A DNA stretch of 64,000 nucleotides from Cyanidioschyzon merolae (lineage: Eukaryota): the NCBI GenBank assembly GCA_000091205.1, contig AP006484.2; one strand, written 5' to 3'. The position numbers and the translations under genes were made by a program. Position 1 is the first letter of the stretch. The number at the start of each line of letters is the position of its first letter. Shown one piece after another: positions 34,623 through 45,701 of the stretch. Below the pieces are notes generated by a model. That model was not told the DNA's origin. It saw only the letters and a program-made list of their open reading frames with translations, and did not search any database.

Positions 34623-36596
34623 CTAGTCGTCACCACGTCTCGTAGCGACGTGATTCTCGAGAGCGCCTCCGTCAGCACCGGGGGAAGGTGCTGGTGATCC
34701 ATCTCCGCGGAGTGCCTCATTCCAGCGCAGCGAGGTCACGTCATCGTTCGTGGCGTACAATACGTCATCCCATGGGTGTCGATACAGAGGCTGCTTCATC
34801 CTCCTCTGATCGATGATGTGCCCAATAATACCGATAGAGCGAGCGAGCACGAAGAGCGCATTGAGCGCGCCGAGCTCAATAACGCTCCTTACTGCGGTTG
34901 TGCAGGCCACGGGATCCATGTTCGGTTGATGGAAGAGGATATCGGAGACGCCTCGCAGGAGGTCTGCAAACAACGCCCCGATACATCCATCGATATTCAG
35001 GACTAAATGCGGCGACTTCTGTAACGTGTATGCTTCGATGGCCTCCGCATAGGTCAGGTACCGCACCGAGGGAAAGTTCTCGCGTGCATACTGCGAAAGC
35101 AGTTGGACTCGTCGGTCGCGACTGGAAGCGGATTTGATCCGATGCCCGATGCCCTCAATACGTCTACCAGATGCTTTCAGGGATTCTACAAACTCGTCGG
35201 GTGGGATGCCTTCGTCGGCTCCGCGCATGAAATTCAGTGCAGCATCATCAATAGCACCACCAAAGCGCGGCCCGATGGTCAGCAAACCCGAGCACAAGCT
35301 CGAAACGACGTCTTTGCCAGCTCGAGCCGTCACAATGGCATTGTGGGCCCCACTCACACACGGCCCGTGATCCGCTGCAATGACCAAGCACATTTCAATG
35401 AATTTTGTGGCCCAGCGAGGAAGACGTCGCTTGAACCACAAAAGCGAAATCACATCGCCAACGCCCAGGTCATCCCGAATAATGGTGCTAATCGGCATGC
35501 CAGCATAGGTGACCTCGTCACCACGATCATCGGAGATGGTGCAGACGATATTGGTGGCCTTGCGTAGTTTTCCACTGCGCAGCGCCTCTGCCATATCCAG
35601 GGGCAACGGTCGCGGATCACGTTCGGGGACAGGTTGTCGCTTCAGCGATGCAAACGTGTCACGAATAGCGGTGGCGAATGACTCGAAGCTCTGCGGGACG
35701 ATGGCACCGGCAGCTTTGAGCGCTGCATTCTTCGCTGATGCTGACTCGCGGTCTTGTTGGCCTGCTCGGGCACCAGCGTGTCCGAACTGGACCTCCGTGC
35801 TTTGGAAGCGCGTAGCGCAGGTTCCGCTTACCCAGGCGACAAGGGGTTTGGTGATGTCGCCCTTGCGTATCGCTTCGGCTACACGGAGCTCATCAACGCC
35901 TCCGAGTTCGCCGAGCATGACGATCATGGCGATCTCCGGAATGCTTTCGAAACGTCGCACATGATCGAGTAGCGTCGAGCCCGGGAACGTATCGCCCCCA
36001 ATGGCGATACCCTCGAAGATGCCATCGGTCTCTCGTGCGAGCACATTATACATCTCGTTTGAGAGCCCCCCCGACTTGGAGACGAACCCTACGGAGCCGG
36101 GACGATGCAGTCGGCAGCGAAGGATATTGTCCAGCGTACCAGCGGTGTCGGCGACTTTGAAGGCCCCAGCTTGAATCGCTCCGACAGTGGCCGGTCCAAT
36201 GATCAGCTTGTTTCGGGCTCCGGCCTCCGCGATGAGCCGTTTCGTCTCTCGTTCGGGAACACCCTCAGCGATAATAACCACCGTCTTGATGGTTGCGGTT
36301 CGGAGTGCTTCCAGCGACGAGTCGAAAGCGGACCGGTACGATGCGAAGTTGATCAGGACGTCTGCCTCAGGGTGCAGACGTGCAGCCTCCGCTAGACTAC
36401 CATATTCGGGAAGCGTGATCTCCCGGTGTCCGAAGAACGCTTTCCGAAAGCCGCCGCTCGTGGCGCCCGGGGTCACCACGGCGGCAACAGACGGCGTCTC
36501 GCGGTAGCACACATAGTCAAAATCGAGCATGTTCTGGATCGGTGCCGGTTTGTAGTTATAGAAAATCGCCTGCGTCTCTCTTGAAAAAAGCGCCAT
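34623..36596 (-). CDS. ACLB: ATP-citrate lyase subunit B (CoA-binding / citrate-synthase-like C-terminal half of ACL)
   Basis: Near full-length collinear match to plant ACLB: MALFSRETQAIFYNYKPAPIQNMLDFDYVCYRETPSVA versus QLFSRTTQALFYNYKQLPVQRMLDFDFLCGRETPSVA. It continues through GPATVGAIQAGAFKVADTAG, the SGLLTIGPRFGGAIDDAA motif and the catalytic-His region VQFGHAGA. ATG start. Confidence 0.93.
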   Translation of the reverse strand: MALFSRETQAIFYNYKPAPIQNMLDFDYVCYRETPSVAAVVTPGATSGGFRKAFFGHREITLPEYGSLAEAARLHPEADVLINFASYRSAFDSSLEALRTATIKTVVIIAEGVPERETKRLIAEAGARNKLIIGPATVGAIQAGAFKVADTAGTLDNILRCRLHRPGSVGFVSKSGGLSNEMYNVLARETDGIFEGIAIGGDTFPGSTLLDHVRRFESIPEIAMIVMLGELGGVDELRVAEAIRKGDITKPLVAWVSGTCATRFQSTEVQFGHAGARAGQQDRESASAKNAALKAAGAIVPQSFESFATAIRDTFASLKRQPVPERDPRPLPLDMAEALRSGKLRKATNIVCTISDDRGDEVTYAGMPISTIIRDDLGVGDVISLLWFKRRLPRWATKFIEMCLVIAADHGPCVSGAHNAIVTARAGKDVVSSLCSGLLTIGPRFGGAIDDAALNFMRGADEGIPPDEFVESLKASGRRIEGIGHRIKSASSRDRRVQLLSQYARENFPSVRYLTYAEAIEAYTLQKSPHLVLNIDGCIGALFADLLRGVSDILFHQPNMDPVACTTAVRSVIELGALNALFVLARSIGIIGHIIDQRRMKQPLYRHPWDDVLYATNDDVTSLRWNEALRGDGSPAPSPGADGGALENHVATRRGDD

Positions 36597-38889
36597 AGCT
36601 GCACAAGATGGTAACCGTCCTACAGAATAAAGAGAAAGCCAAGGCGATACGTAGGTCGCGAGCGACCGAACGCACCGTGGCCCTGGGCGTATGCGGCGCT
36701 CTGGGTACTGCGGAAGCGGACAAGGGCATCGCTGGGTTACTCGTGTTCCATGGAAGTGGAAGACTGAATTGCTCGCAATGTTCTAGCTTGACGATAGTTT
36801 TTAGACAAGCTGGATTCAGGTTCAAAGTGCAAAGATAAGGGCTTTAAGATGCATAGGTAAGTTTGAGATTCTTGATCGGAGGTTTCGGAGCGAGGCTGCT
36901 GCCTTCGCTTGTTTCCTGTGGAATGCGTTTCGTCGTCGCATTCAAGATGATTCGCAGCACCCTCGAACAAGCGTCCGTGCTGTAGCCGAATTCAGTGTCG
37001 AGTTCATACGTGTATTGCTTCATTCTTCCCCGTTCCTTATGAGACGCATGCCCAACTCCAGCATGTTTCATGTACTCGGTATTTCTGTTTCAAGGCAACT
37101 GGGCGGCAGAGCGATTCGCGCCGCTGGATCGAGAAGCGAGAAGACTCGGTGTCGTGCCTGGGCGACTCGGAAACAAGTTCATACTGAGAGTTCATTGAAC
37201 TTGTCCCGCCAGCGAATAGTTGATTGTGTTCGAAGGACAGAGCCCGGCTCTCTTTTGTGACCACAGTTGAAACAGCAATCTACGGCAGTATGATAGCTCA
37301 CAAGGGATACGTTGCAAGAAGATACCGTCTATTCTTTTTGCATAGAAAAAGGGTCTAGTACTCGGATATTACCATCGGAGAAATCTTTTTCAATGGAGAA
37401 AGCGTTATAACTTTACAAGAAGAGAGCGAGGACGTCTCGAAATCTGTAGACTTGATCGCCAGCCAGCATTTGCCGTACAGAACTTGTTGCATCAGAGACA
37501 CCGCCGCACGCTACAAGTCCCCTGTCGACGGAACAATGAGCGATTGCGTGCCCGGCGGATGGAGTTTTCACCATGGGGATTGCATAGAAGAAGCCCATGA
37601 TCTTGGAGTGCGGCTCAGGGTGCGGAAACAGAGAAGGAAATCGACTGAAGCTTCTTGTACCTGTCAAGCGCATGCGCCAAGCGATGAAGCAAGCGTTCAC
37701 GGACAAGAGCAGGCGCCCTGGGGAAGCGATACCCCAGACGTATGGGCATACGCGACCACAGTCATGTGTCACTGTTGCGAAGCTCGCACCGATGCCATCC
37801 ACAGAGACGATGCGTTTCGTGAGCGATGCGTCGATCGCAACGACCTCCTGTATATGAAACGCGTCCATAACCACAGGACGCATTATCATCTCTATTTGAA
37901 CGCGCTCATCAACATATTTCGAACGCTGACAGCAACACTGAAGCCCGAGAAGAGACCGATTTATTCGAATCCGGCGATAAGAAGGCGGAGAATGAAGCAT
38001 TCGCAGAAGACGCTCGTAAACTCTAGTTTTCACCGAATTGGTACCCGACGCAAACAATGGTCTATGCAAGCGCTCGCTGAACGATCTGCCTGACTTTATT
38101 CTGATGTGACATGAAAAAGAATCCGGCGGTGATCGGACGCACATTGCCTCCACCGGGGGCGCTCCGGCAGCAATCGTCCATGCGGCGCTACCACAGCTCG
38201 CACGACATCCTCAAAAGCCCTCTCCGCATCGATGCCAGGCACCCAAGCGTCCATCCGTAGCCTCCACGTCTGGGAGGATATGGCGCTCATCATTAGAACC
38301 TCATGCCAGTTGACTGAAACGAGGTCCTCTTGGCAACCCAGCACCAGAATTCAAGTGCGTACCCATGAATCAACAGCTGTAGGAGGACACCCGCCGATCC
38401 TGCCCTTCATGACCAGATAACAGGATCGGAGTTTCGTACGCACGTGTTCGTCTGGCGTTCAACACAAAGGTAAGCTCAGTCAACGAATTCGCTTCACACA
38501 AAAGCACACGCTCGCACTTGCACCTACGTCTCCCAATACTGACCTGCCTAGGTGGCCAGGGGCCGCGCTAGCAGGTCCATTGTCGCGGCATCCAATGGAG
38601 TCACGTGCGGCAGCAGATGCCGCTGCCTCCACGATCCCATTGGTATCGACGATGACGTGAACAGAGGACTTGATGCAGCACCGCATTCCCGCTTCAATAT
38701 CGCAAAATAAAGCAGCAAAGATTCCACGACTCCATTGCTTCTACCTGTTTTTGACGGAATCACTTGGTGGACACCAATGGTCTGCCGATCAGGTGGCTCC
38801 CCCGACAGGGACGCGTAGCGCCCATGAGCAACGCCCTGAAAGCGTGCTGCTGATCGCTATCGCCGCCGTTGGCGTCTCGCCCGAGGCAC

Positions 38890-39140
38890 GCTGCTGCGGA
38901 TGCTGCTGCTGCTGCTGCGGATGTGGCTGCTGCTGCTGCGGATGTGGCTGCTGCTGCTGCGGATGTGGCTGCTGCGGATGCTGCGGATGCGGATGCTGCG
39001 GATGTGACTGCTGCTGCGGATGCGGATGTGGCTGCTGCGGATGCTGCGGATGCGGATGCGTTCCCGAGTGCGCGCGTTGCTACGAGTGCACTGCAGTGCT
39101 GTGCTGTGCCGTGCAGTGCAGTGCAGTGCAGTGCTGTGCC
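38890..39140. repeat. GC-rich minisatellite: about 21-bp units GCTGCTGCTGCGGATGTGGCT and variants (about 8 copies), followed by a (gtgcagtgca) repeat
   Basis: Directly visible tandem units. They generate spurious long ORFs on both strands (poly-AAADV / CCCGCG / SSSHIR translations). Confidence 0.8.
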
Positions 39141-39197
39141 TCGGCGTCATGTGTTAAACGGGGGTTCCGCCTCAACCTCGCCTGATCGACCACGGGT

Positions 39198-40097
39198 ATG
39201 TGTGCGCTCGTGGCTGTGGTCGTTTGGCACGAGGGACGAAACCAGAGGCCTCGGGGAGTTCGTGGTGCGTTTGCTTCCGAAAGCGCAGACGCTTCGACGG
39301 CTACAGCGGAGCACACACAAGGCGCTGCCGAACGGGCACCTGATATTGTTGCCGAGACGCTTGCTCCATATGGGGATCCTATAGATCCCGTAGATTTACG
39401 TCGTTTGATACGGATTTTAACCCAGTTTGCGAGGGATATTTCTGCAGGCTCGGTTCGCCGCGCCTTGCTCCTACCAGATGATGCCAGTCGTGAGGAGGCG
39501 CTCTTTCCTCAGCGGCTATCGCATGGTGTGGAAGCAGGTAGCGCTCGGCTGACTTCATCTTGGTCACAAAACGATTCTATCGGGGGAAACCTTTATTCAC
39601 GACGCGGACCGCATCACGTGTCCGCGAAAACGTCCAGCGATCCAGGCACGTCGCACAGCAGTCTCGACACAGGGACTGCTCCCGGTCAGCCGACCTGGAC
39701 TGAGACAGCACTCGACCGGCCCACGGGCACGAAAGAGCGAGAAAAAATGGCGAGGACGACGGCGACGAGGACAGCGGTGCCGTCTGGCGCTACGGCCTAC
39801 CTGGAACCGGGCACACGCGAAGCTTCGGGACGCCCAACCGAGGCTGTCATTCCAAGCACAGGTGAAGCATGCGAGCTCACTAGAGAGCCCGTTGCGGTCA
39901 GTTATCGCGCGCAAGCGAGCTGGCATGTCGTTATACTTGACCAAAATACCCCTGGCGATATGGATCGAAGCCAGCTTGTCGCACAACGTGTCCTGGAGCT
40001 CCTGGCTGACATCCCTGACCCCCATGAATGCGATCCTGAAATGCTACGGTACCACGTTCGAGAAGCAGTGGCTGAGGTGCGGCAATCACTCACGTGA
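39198..40097 (+). CDS. Hypothetical protein (no recognisable domain)
   Basis: A 299-aa ORF beginning immediately after the minisatellite. It was called from ORF length only. Confidence 0.25.
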   Translation: MCALVAVVVWHEGRNQRPRGVRGAFASESADASTATAEHTQGAAERAPDIVAETLAPYGDPIDPVDLRRLIRILTQFARDISAGSVRRALLLPDDASREEALFPQRLSHGVEAGSARLTSSWSQNDSIGGNLYSRRGPHHVSAKTSSDPGTSHSSLDTGTAPGQPTWTETALDRPTGTKEREKMARTTATRTAVPSGATAYLEPGTREASGRPTEAVIPSTGEACELTREPVAVSYRAQASWHVVILDQNTPGDMDRSQLVAQRVLELLADIPDPHECDPEMLRYHVREAVAEVRQSLT

Positions 40098-41072
40098 TTC
40101 AGGGTCAGCGGCAAAGGGAACCTCTGAAATACCACTAGGGCCCCGGGTGCCTGTCAACCAAGAACTCGGTTCTTCGTGCGGCGTACCTGCGGCCTCCACA
40201 CAATGTTTATTCGAGTTTTCCGTTAGAATCGCTGACTTGCCATGTTAAAATAGCGGCCCTGCTGCATATGCAACATGCGTCTCCGCCACTGACGATGACG
40301 AAAGCGCAAGCCCTGCGCTGTTTATTCTGCGGGAAACCGGTCCGCTGATGCGCCGTATCCACTCTCTTCCTATTGCTCCTGATTTCACAGCGACTTGGAC
40401 ATCGCAAGGTATCCAGAGAATCGCGCGCTCCTTGCGCGAAACGAATGCTCCACATGGTCGAATGCGGGTGCATGAAAAGGGCGCTTTTCGCCACTGCGAA
40501 CAGTTGCCCAAAACGCTGGCTTGTTCCCGAGTTTCGAAAGTGCACCAGAGTTGCGCATCCGCGCTACTGGATGTTGTCAGGAGCTTCGCCTCGGCCGTGC
40601 TCGATAGAGAGCACTCTGCCCGTCATTACGTATCTCTTCCAGTCAAGGCGTGAAGAAGACGTCACCACGCCTCGCTCCTCGAAGAAGGCCCAGCGGCTGC
40701 CGCTCCAAACCAGCTACGCACCGCTACCTGTTGCGAACACCTGGATACGAAGCGCAGCACTTCTGTTGCGGCCTTGGTTACAACTATGGCGTCATCCATT
40801 GATCCAAGCACAGTAAAGGAACAGTTTCGGGGAACTCGCCTCAGATACGGACCATGCTGGCTGTGGCTCGTGCGGCCCAGCGAATACCTGAACTTTCGGG
40901 AGCAGTGTGCATGCACCAGGTCGTACAAGAGAAATCCATGATTTTTCGACTACGATGCGCACATAAAATACACACGAAGAGTTGCAAAACATCGTGCTCG
41001 TCGCCTTTCATGACCATCCAGGTGCACGAGCGCTCTATTCACTGGACTCCGACCCGCTCGGCACGTGTACGC

Positions 41073-41378
41073 CTACTTCATGGTCTGGGTTTCCTTCGTC
41101 GCCGCTGCTACGCGCCGCGTCGCTTCTTGCAACAACTCGGTATCAACTTTCTCTACTGGTAGGTGGATGTAGCGGATGCAGGAGCCTCGCACGGTGCAGG
41201 AGCCGTGCAAGAGCTGCAGCACAGGCGGAGCTGCCGCCGTATGAACCTGCACCTGCGCCAAGCGCACGTTCAAGTACTGATCAACAGCCTCTAGACGCCC
41301 TCGAATGCTAAGATCATTTTTAAGCTCCACGGTAATGTCCTCTCCGATGAGCGTCCGCAAAATCGCGGTAAAGAACAT
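41073..41378 (-). CDS. LSM2: U6 snRNA-associated Sm-like protein LSm2
   Basis: MFFTAILRTLIGEDITVELKNDLSIRGRLEAVDQYLNVRL...RGSCIRYIHLPVEKVDTELLQEA versus LSm2 MLFYSFFKSLVGKDVVVELKNDLSICGTLHSVDQYLNIKL...RGSVVRYVQLPADEVDTQLLQDA. ATG start. Confidence 0.85.
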   Translation of the reverse strand: MFFTAILRTLIGEDITVELKNDLSIRGRLEAVDQYLNVRLAQVQVHTAAAPPVLQLLHGSCTVRGSCIRYIHLPVEKVDTELLQEATRRVAAATKETQTMK

Positions 41379-41767
41379 GGGGTTTCACACACGCACGCTC
41401 GTGCGCACACCAGGAAAACGAGACGCGAGCACGTGACGGCGTTTCGGTTCCACCAAGTCGAGTACCGTCTTATCCTGGTTTACCCCAGCGTCTTCGGTTT
41501 CCCAGTTGATGCCAAGCGGGCAATACCTGGTCACCGCGCCGTACCTGTCGACGCGACTTATACAGTGCGTCGTCGTGTGCAGTGACGGCACACGGACCCC
41601 AGCGTAGCCGCTGGTTCAGTTTCCGGCGTAAAAAGCGCTTCGAGCCGCACCCTCTTGAATCGGGCGTGATGCAGAAGCGATGCACTGCGTCAGTTCAGGT
41701 ACTTTCCGACGTTGCGTACGAACCGTCGCTCGTCAGTGTGCAGAGGAGTTGCCTGGAATATGCGGCA

Positions 41768-42355
41768 CTAGAGCGGCGGCTCAAGCCAGAGCGGCTTTGC
41801 ACATAGCGGGCACCTGTTCGCGTGCTGACTCCAGCGCTTGATACAGGCAGTGTGAAAGGGATGCAGGCAACTGATGAGCAACCAACTTGGCTGATGATCA
41901 TCAAGTCCAGGTGATGCGTGCATCGGTTCAGTGAGCGGTTGGGTTACCTTCAACGACTCGAGGCAGATGACGCAGGTCCACTCGTGAACACCCAGTGCTT
42001 GCGGCGAAGAGGGCAACAGCGGGAAACTGCCGCGGGGGTCTAGGCACGGAGTCGGTTTCGGACCCGCGAATATTGCATATTCTGCAGTTTGTAGGTCCAA
42101 ACTGGTAGTGCGAATCGCCAGACGAGGCGCTGTAAAGTCTGGCGTTTGGTTTCGGAAGGCAGACTGGCGTGATTCAGCTTGTGCGAATTGCCTCCGGTTT
42201 TCGCGTTCGCAGTGGTTTTCCCAGGCTATCGAGAGCCATAGCGTCGTGATCAGTACGTGTAGAAGCATGAAATCTTTCCCGTTGAACAATGAGTGCGGTG
42301 AAAATGACAAGCTCAAGGAGTTATCAGGGCGCCATGTGCACTGTTTACTGGGCAT
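41768..42355 (-). CDS. RING-H2 finger protein (probable E3 ubiquitin ligase)
   Basis: The C-terminus CVICLESL...(35 aa)...ISCLHPFHTACIKRWSQHANRCPLCAKP fits C-x2-C...C-x-H-x2-H-x2-C...C-x2-C (RING-H2). ATG start. The N-terminal half is unassigned. Confidence 0.6.
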   Translation of the reverse strand: MPSKQCTWRPDNSLSLSFSPHSLFNGKDFMLLHVLITTLWLSIAWENHCERENRRQFAQAESRQSAFRNQTPDFTAPRLAIRTTSLDLQTAEYAIFAGPKPTPCLDPRGSFPLLPSSPQALGVHEWTCVICLESLKVTQPLTEPMHASPGLDDHQPSWLLISCLHPFHTACIKRWSQHANRCPLCAKPLWLEPPL

Positions 42356-43026
42356 AGGCGGTGCTTTCGGTTTCGTGATAACAAGCGCGCTTTGCGAAAC
42401 CTCTGTTCAGGTCAGAGCGTATTTCTGTTACGTGCCCTGGGAACGCGAAACCGTTCGGATGGATGATGAAGACTGGAGACGTGCTTTCAGCAGCGTTATT
42501 TACAACGCGGCAGCAGCAGCAGCAGCAGCAATACGTCAAGATCCGTCGGTTCGTTTCGTGTTGAGCTGTGCCGGTGTGGGCGTGCATCGTTTCGTGCGAA
42601 AGTCCGCGCCAGAGGCAGGCATATGTCATGGGGTGACCTAGAATGCCTTTCGTTTCTCTTTTAAAGAGCAAGGTACACGTCTGTACAGGTATGTAGCGGC
42701 GGGCACTCTAGTGCTAAGCTCTTGGAACTGTTCGTCAAGCTGTCATAGGGCCTGGTCGGTCTTTCGCTTGGTGCTCCTCTCGTATTGCTAGCGCATTTGG
42801 GAAAGATTCCGCAGAAACGTAGAAAATCTCTAGGTTTCGTTGTCCTTCTCATAAGGTAAATTTTTGCTTGGTCGGGAAATTGGGACCAGATCGGTATCGC
42901 GAATTCATGGAGGCATGGTCGCAACGTGGCTCCGGGTCGCGGACGAGCAAGGCTCTAGAGTTTTACTCATCGGACACTTCGATCCGACGGATTACAGTGC
43001 GCTTCGAATGCGCCTTTCGTAGTTGG

Positions 43027-45433
43027 CATCTTCCTCTGCGCTGAACGCATGAAAACGAGTCTCATCGCTCGACTCACGATTAGGATTCATAAAGCGAATG
43101 CACATTCGCATGCCATCCGTCGCCATCGCCTCTGTAACCACCCTTTCCGTTCATCGATCCGAATGAGGGAAAGCGTTGAACGAGCGCCTCGAATGATCTG
43201 GGCGAAGTTGTTCCAACGTATCATCCTGGCGTACGCAGTGCAACCGGAGCTCACTGAACTCGCTCTACAAGACACGAAACAAGTGTCTCCGGGAAATGCA
43301 AGCGGCCTCGAGGCGAGTTACCGGGACCGTATCGCATGCCCCGCGAGAACAAGATGCAACGCTCGCACAACTGGAGTCACGCTGACGTGCTATGGAGGGC
43401 TCTGCTCATGACTCCATCGTCACGCGAGATGCAAGCACGGCAGGTATCGTGTCTCAAGCATCCTTTCGATACGACATCTGCCGGTTCGAGTTCCAGAGCA
43501 GCACCATCAGCTTGCACGAGATGAGCCGACGCTGCCTCTCGTCTAGACTGTGCTTGCAAAAAGTCGCCTCCATTTCGAATGGTATCGGTAGCACCAGCTT
43601 GTCAGTTGCCGCCAGCGACATCGAGAGGAAGCACTGCATCTCTCCAGACTCGTTTGGTCCCGGCAGCGTGAGGCTACAGCGCCTCCAGGGAGCGCCTCAT
43701 GAAGCGCTAGAGAATGACCTGCATGCGGTTGGAGTTTTTGAGGGTTGTTCCATCGTTATCGGCATCTGTGGTGTAGATGTTCAGGTCACCGGGTTCGTGT
43801 CGCAAAGCGTCAAGCAGCGGTCAGAAACATGTGTACGAACCTCTGATCCTACGATGAGACTGGCTTGCGTCTCCGGTGCCGAGTCTCAGATGTGTTGTCG
43901 CACGAAGGTTTCATCGAAAGACTCCGTAGGAATATGGACAGCTGGCTGCCCTGCATCTGGAACGGGTAGGAACACCGGCTCCTCGATGTCCACCAAGGCG
44001 AGGGAGGCTTGACGAAGCCCCTTCGTTTAGGGCGCTATGGTTCCCCTGATAGCGTCCTGCACGTCGCTTTCTGGCAGGTTCTCCGCGTTCGCGTGCTCTT
44101 GTAGCGAAGCCTTGATAACCAACACAGACCGCCCTTTCCGATCCGACTCTCGATCGTTTCAGTCGCTGCCCGTCCTCTTTTGGAGAGGAGTCTTTCTCTC
44201 GCTGGCCTGGTGGTTTCGTCTCGTTTTCGTTGACTGCGACGGCTCGCAAGGATATGCTTGGGACGCTCTGCCATCCTCGTATGCCCTTGGAGTTCGGACG
44301 GACCTGGTGGGCAGCAAAACTGAAGCTCGTCTTTTACTTGTACGATTCTATTATTCCTTAGGTGCCGCTCCGTCACCAGGTCTATTGCCAGGGCGCCTGG
44401 CGACTGCAGCGCGCCTGACCGCTTCCTCCCGCACACGAGCAGAGAGGGAGCGCAGTAGTTGGCGGCTGATGAAGGCCGAAAGCAACTTGTCGACGAACTG
44501 GGGTGTCACGGATGCGAACGACTCGCCTCTTCAACCCGGAGCGTAACCCTGGCGTTCGACGGCAGAGAAGCCACTGTCGACCGGACCGAAGTAAAGAGCG
44601 CTGGCTGGCGTCACGGGCAGCTCAACGTCAACCGCTGGTGCGTTCTCCTCGACACCTGGTGAGTGATGGAAAGCGACTTTATGCAACATCAGGACATGTG
44701 AATACGGGGAGCAGACTCCTCGAGGAAAGCCCCGACGACGAGGCATGAGGCATTGAACGACAGGGCCCGCTTGGCGAGTTGTAGGCGACCTCACGACTGA
44801 CTCGCTGCTGGGGCTCATGTTGATACGATACTCGCTTGTTTCTGCGCTGAAGCCAGGCGTTTGCCACTCCTGGACGACGCACATCTCGTGCAGGAGTGCG
44901 GGTCCTCCCGAACAGACGCTGAAGGCGTTAGACGATCCCCCGCGCCCCCTTTCTATCATATGGTATGCGTCCGCGAGGAAGTGCCCATGCAACAGTGGGG
45001 TATTCACCGTGCAGCGGTCTCCGGTTCGAGCGTGCGTTCTCCTTTGTCTGTTCGCGTATCGTTGTCAGCGTTCGGATCGTTGGTATGCGGGCCTGAGATT
45101 CTGCGGCTTCTTTAGACGTATTTCTTTGAAAACGTCTTGACTGGCGAGGATTGACAAGGACCCGATCTTTAGACAACGTTCTAGGAGTTCATTTCCAGGT
45201 GCACAACGTTCAGAGCACGGACGACGAGAAATACCGCTCATCCACTTGCTGTCAGTAGAATAACTGACCTGTACAATGAATTCTGTTTTCCGCCAGCTGA
45301 CACAGACTGTCATACAACGTTTCTGCGACCTATCCCCGATCGACACCAACCAATCCCTGTGTTGTACGCCTGCGAGAGACACATACGCACACAACAGGAT
45401 CTTTCTGGTACAGGTGTTCCGGAGCCACTGCTC
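43027..45433. repeat. Left arm of a large inverted repeat (about 2.4 kb), about 98-99% identical to the reverse complement of 56809-59212
   Basis: The six-frame ORFs in this arm reappear on the opposite strand in the right arm with 0-3% amino-acid differences (for example 44037-44546(+) is identical to 57696-58205(-), and 44531-45007(-) matches 57235-57711(+)). Boundaries were mapped by reading where identity stops (outer ...tcttcctctgcg[c/t]tgaacgcatgaaaacgag, inner ...ggtacaggtgttcc[g/c]gagccactgctc). Confidence 0.9.
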
Positions 45434-45701
45434 CAGTTTAACACCGCACCATAGCTCCAAAAATCTGCCGTCTTCGTTGTTGGAGTTTACGCAGTATATC
45501 CCCCAGATATGCTACCATTACCACCGCACTCCGGACGGAGACGCTCCGCCACAGACCAACGCTCTATCGACCGCCAGGCGGCGTGCCCTCAGTGATCTCA
45601 CCAGCGCTCGGCAGCGCACTTCGTTTGGCCTTCAGTTCAGTTCGTGACCTGTCCGTGCACACAACCAACGAACTGGAACGTTTCAGAAATCTGTGGAGTG
45701 C

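Noticed and set aside
38857-39384. Long ORFs (97-171 aa) on both strands across the minisatellite
   Set aside because: They are created by in-frame GC-rich tandem repeats (poly-Cys, poly-Ala/Asp, SSSHIR). This is a translation artefact, not protein-coding evidence.
43392-45007. ORFs inside the IR arms (206, 169 and 158 aa) as genes
   Set aside because: They have no recognisable domains. Differences between arm copies fall equally in all frames (for example GH to WY, P to L), consistent with neutral non-coding divergence.
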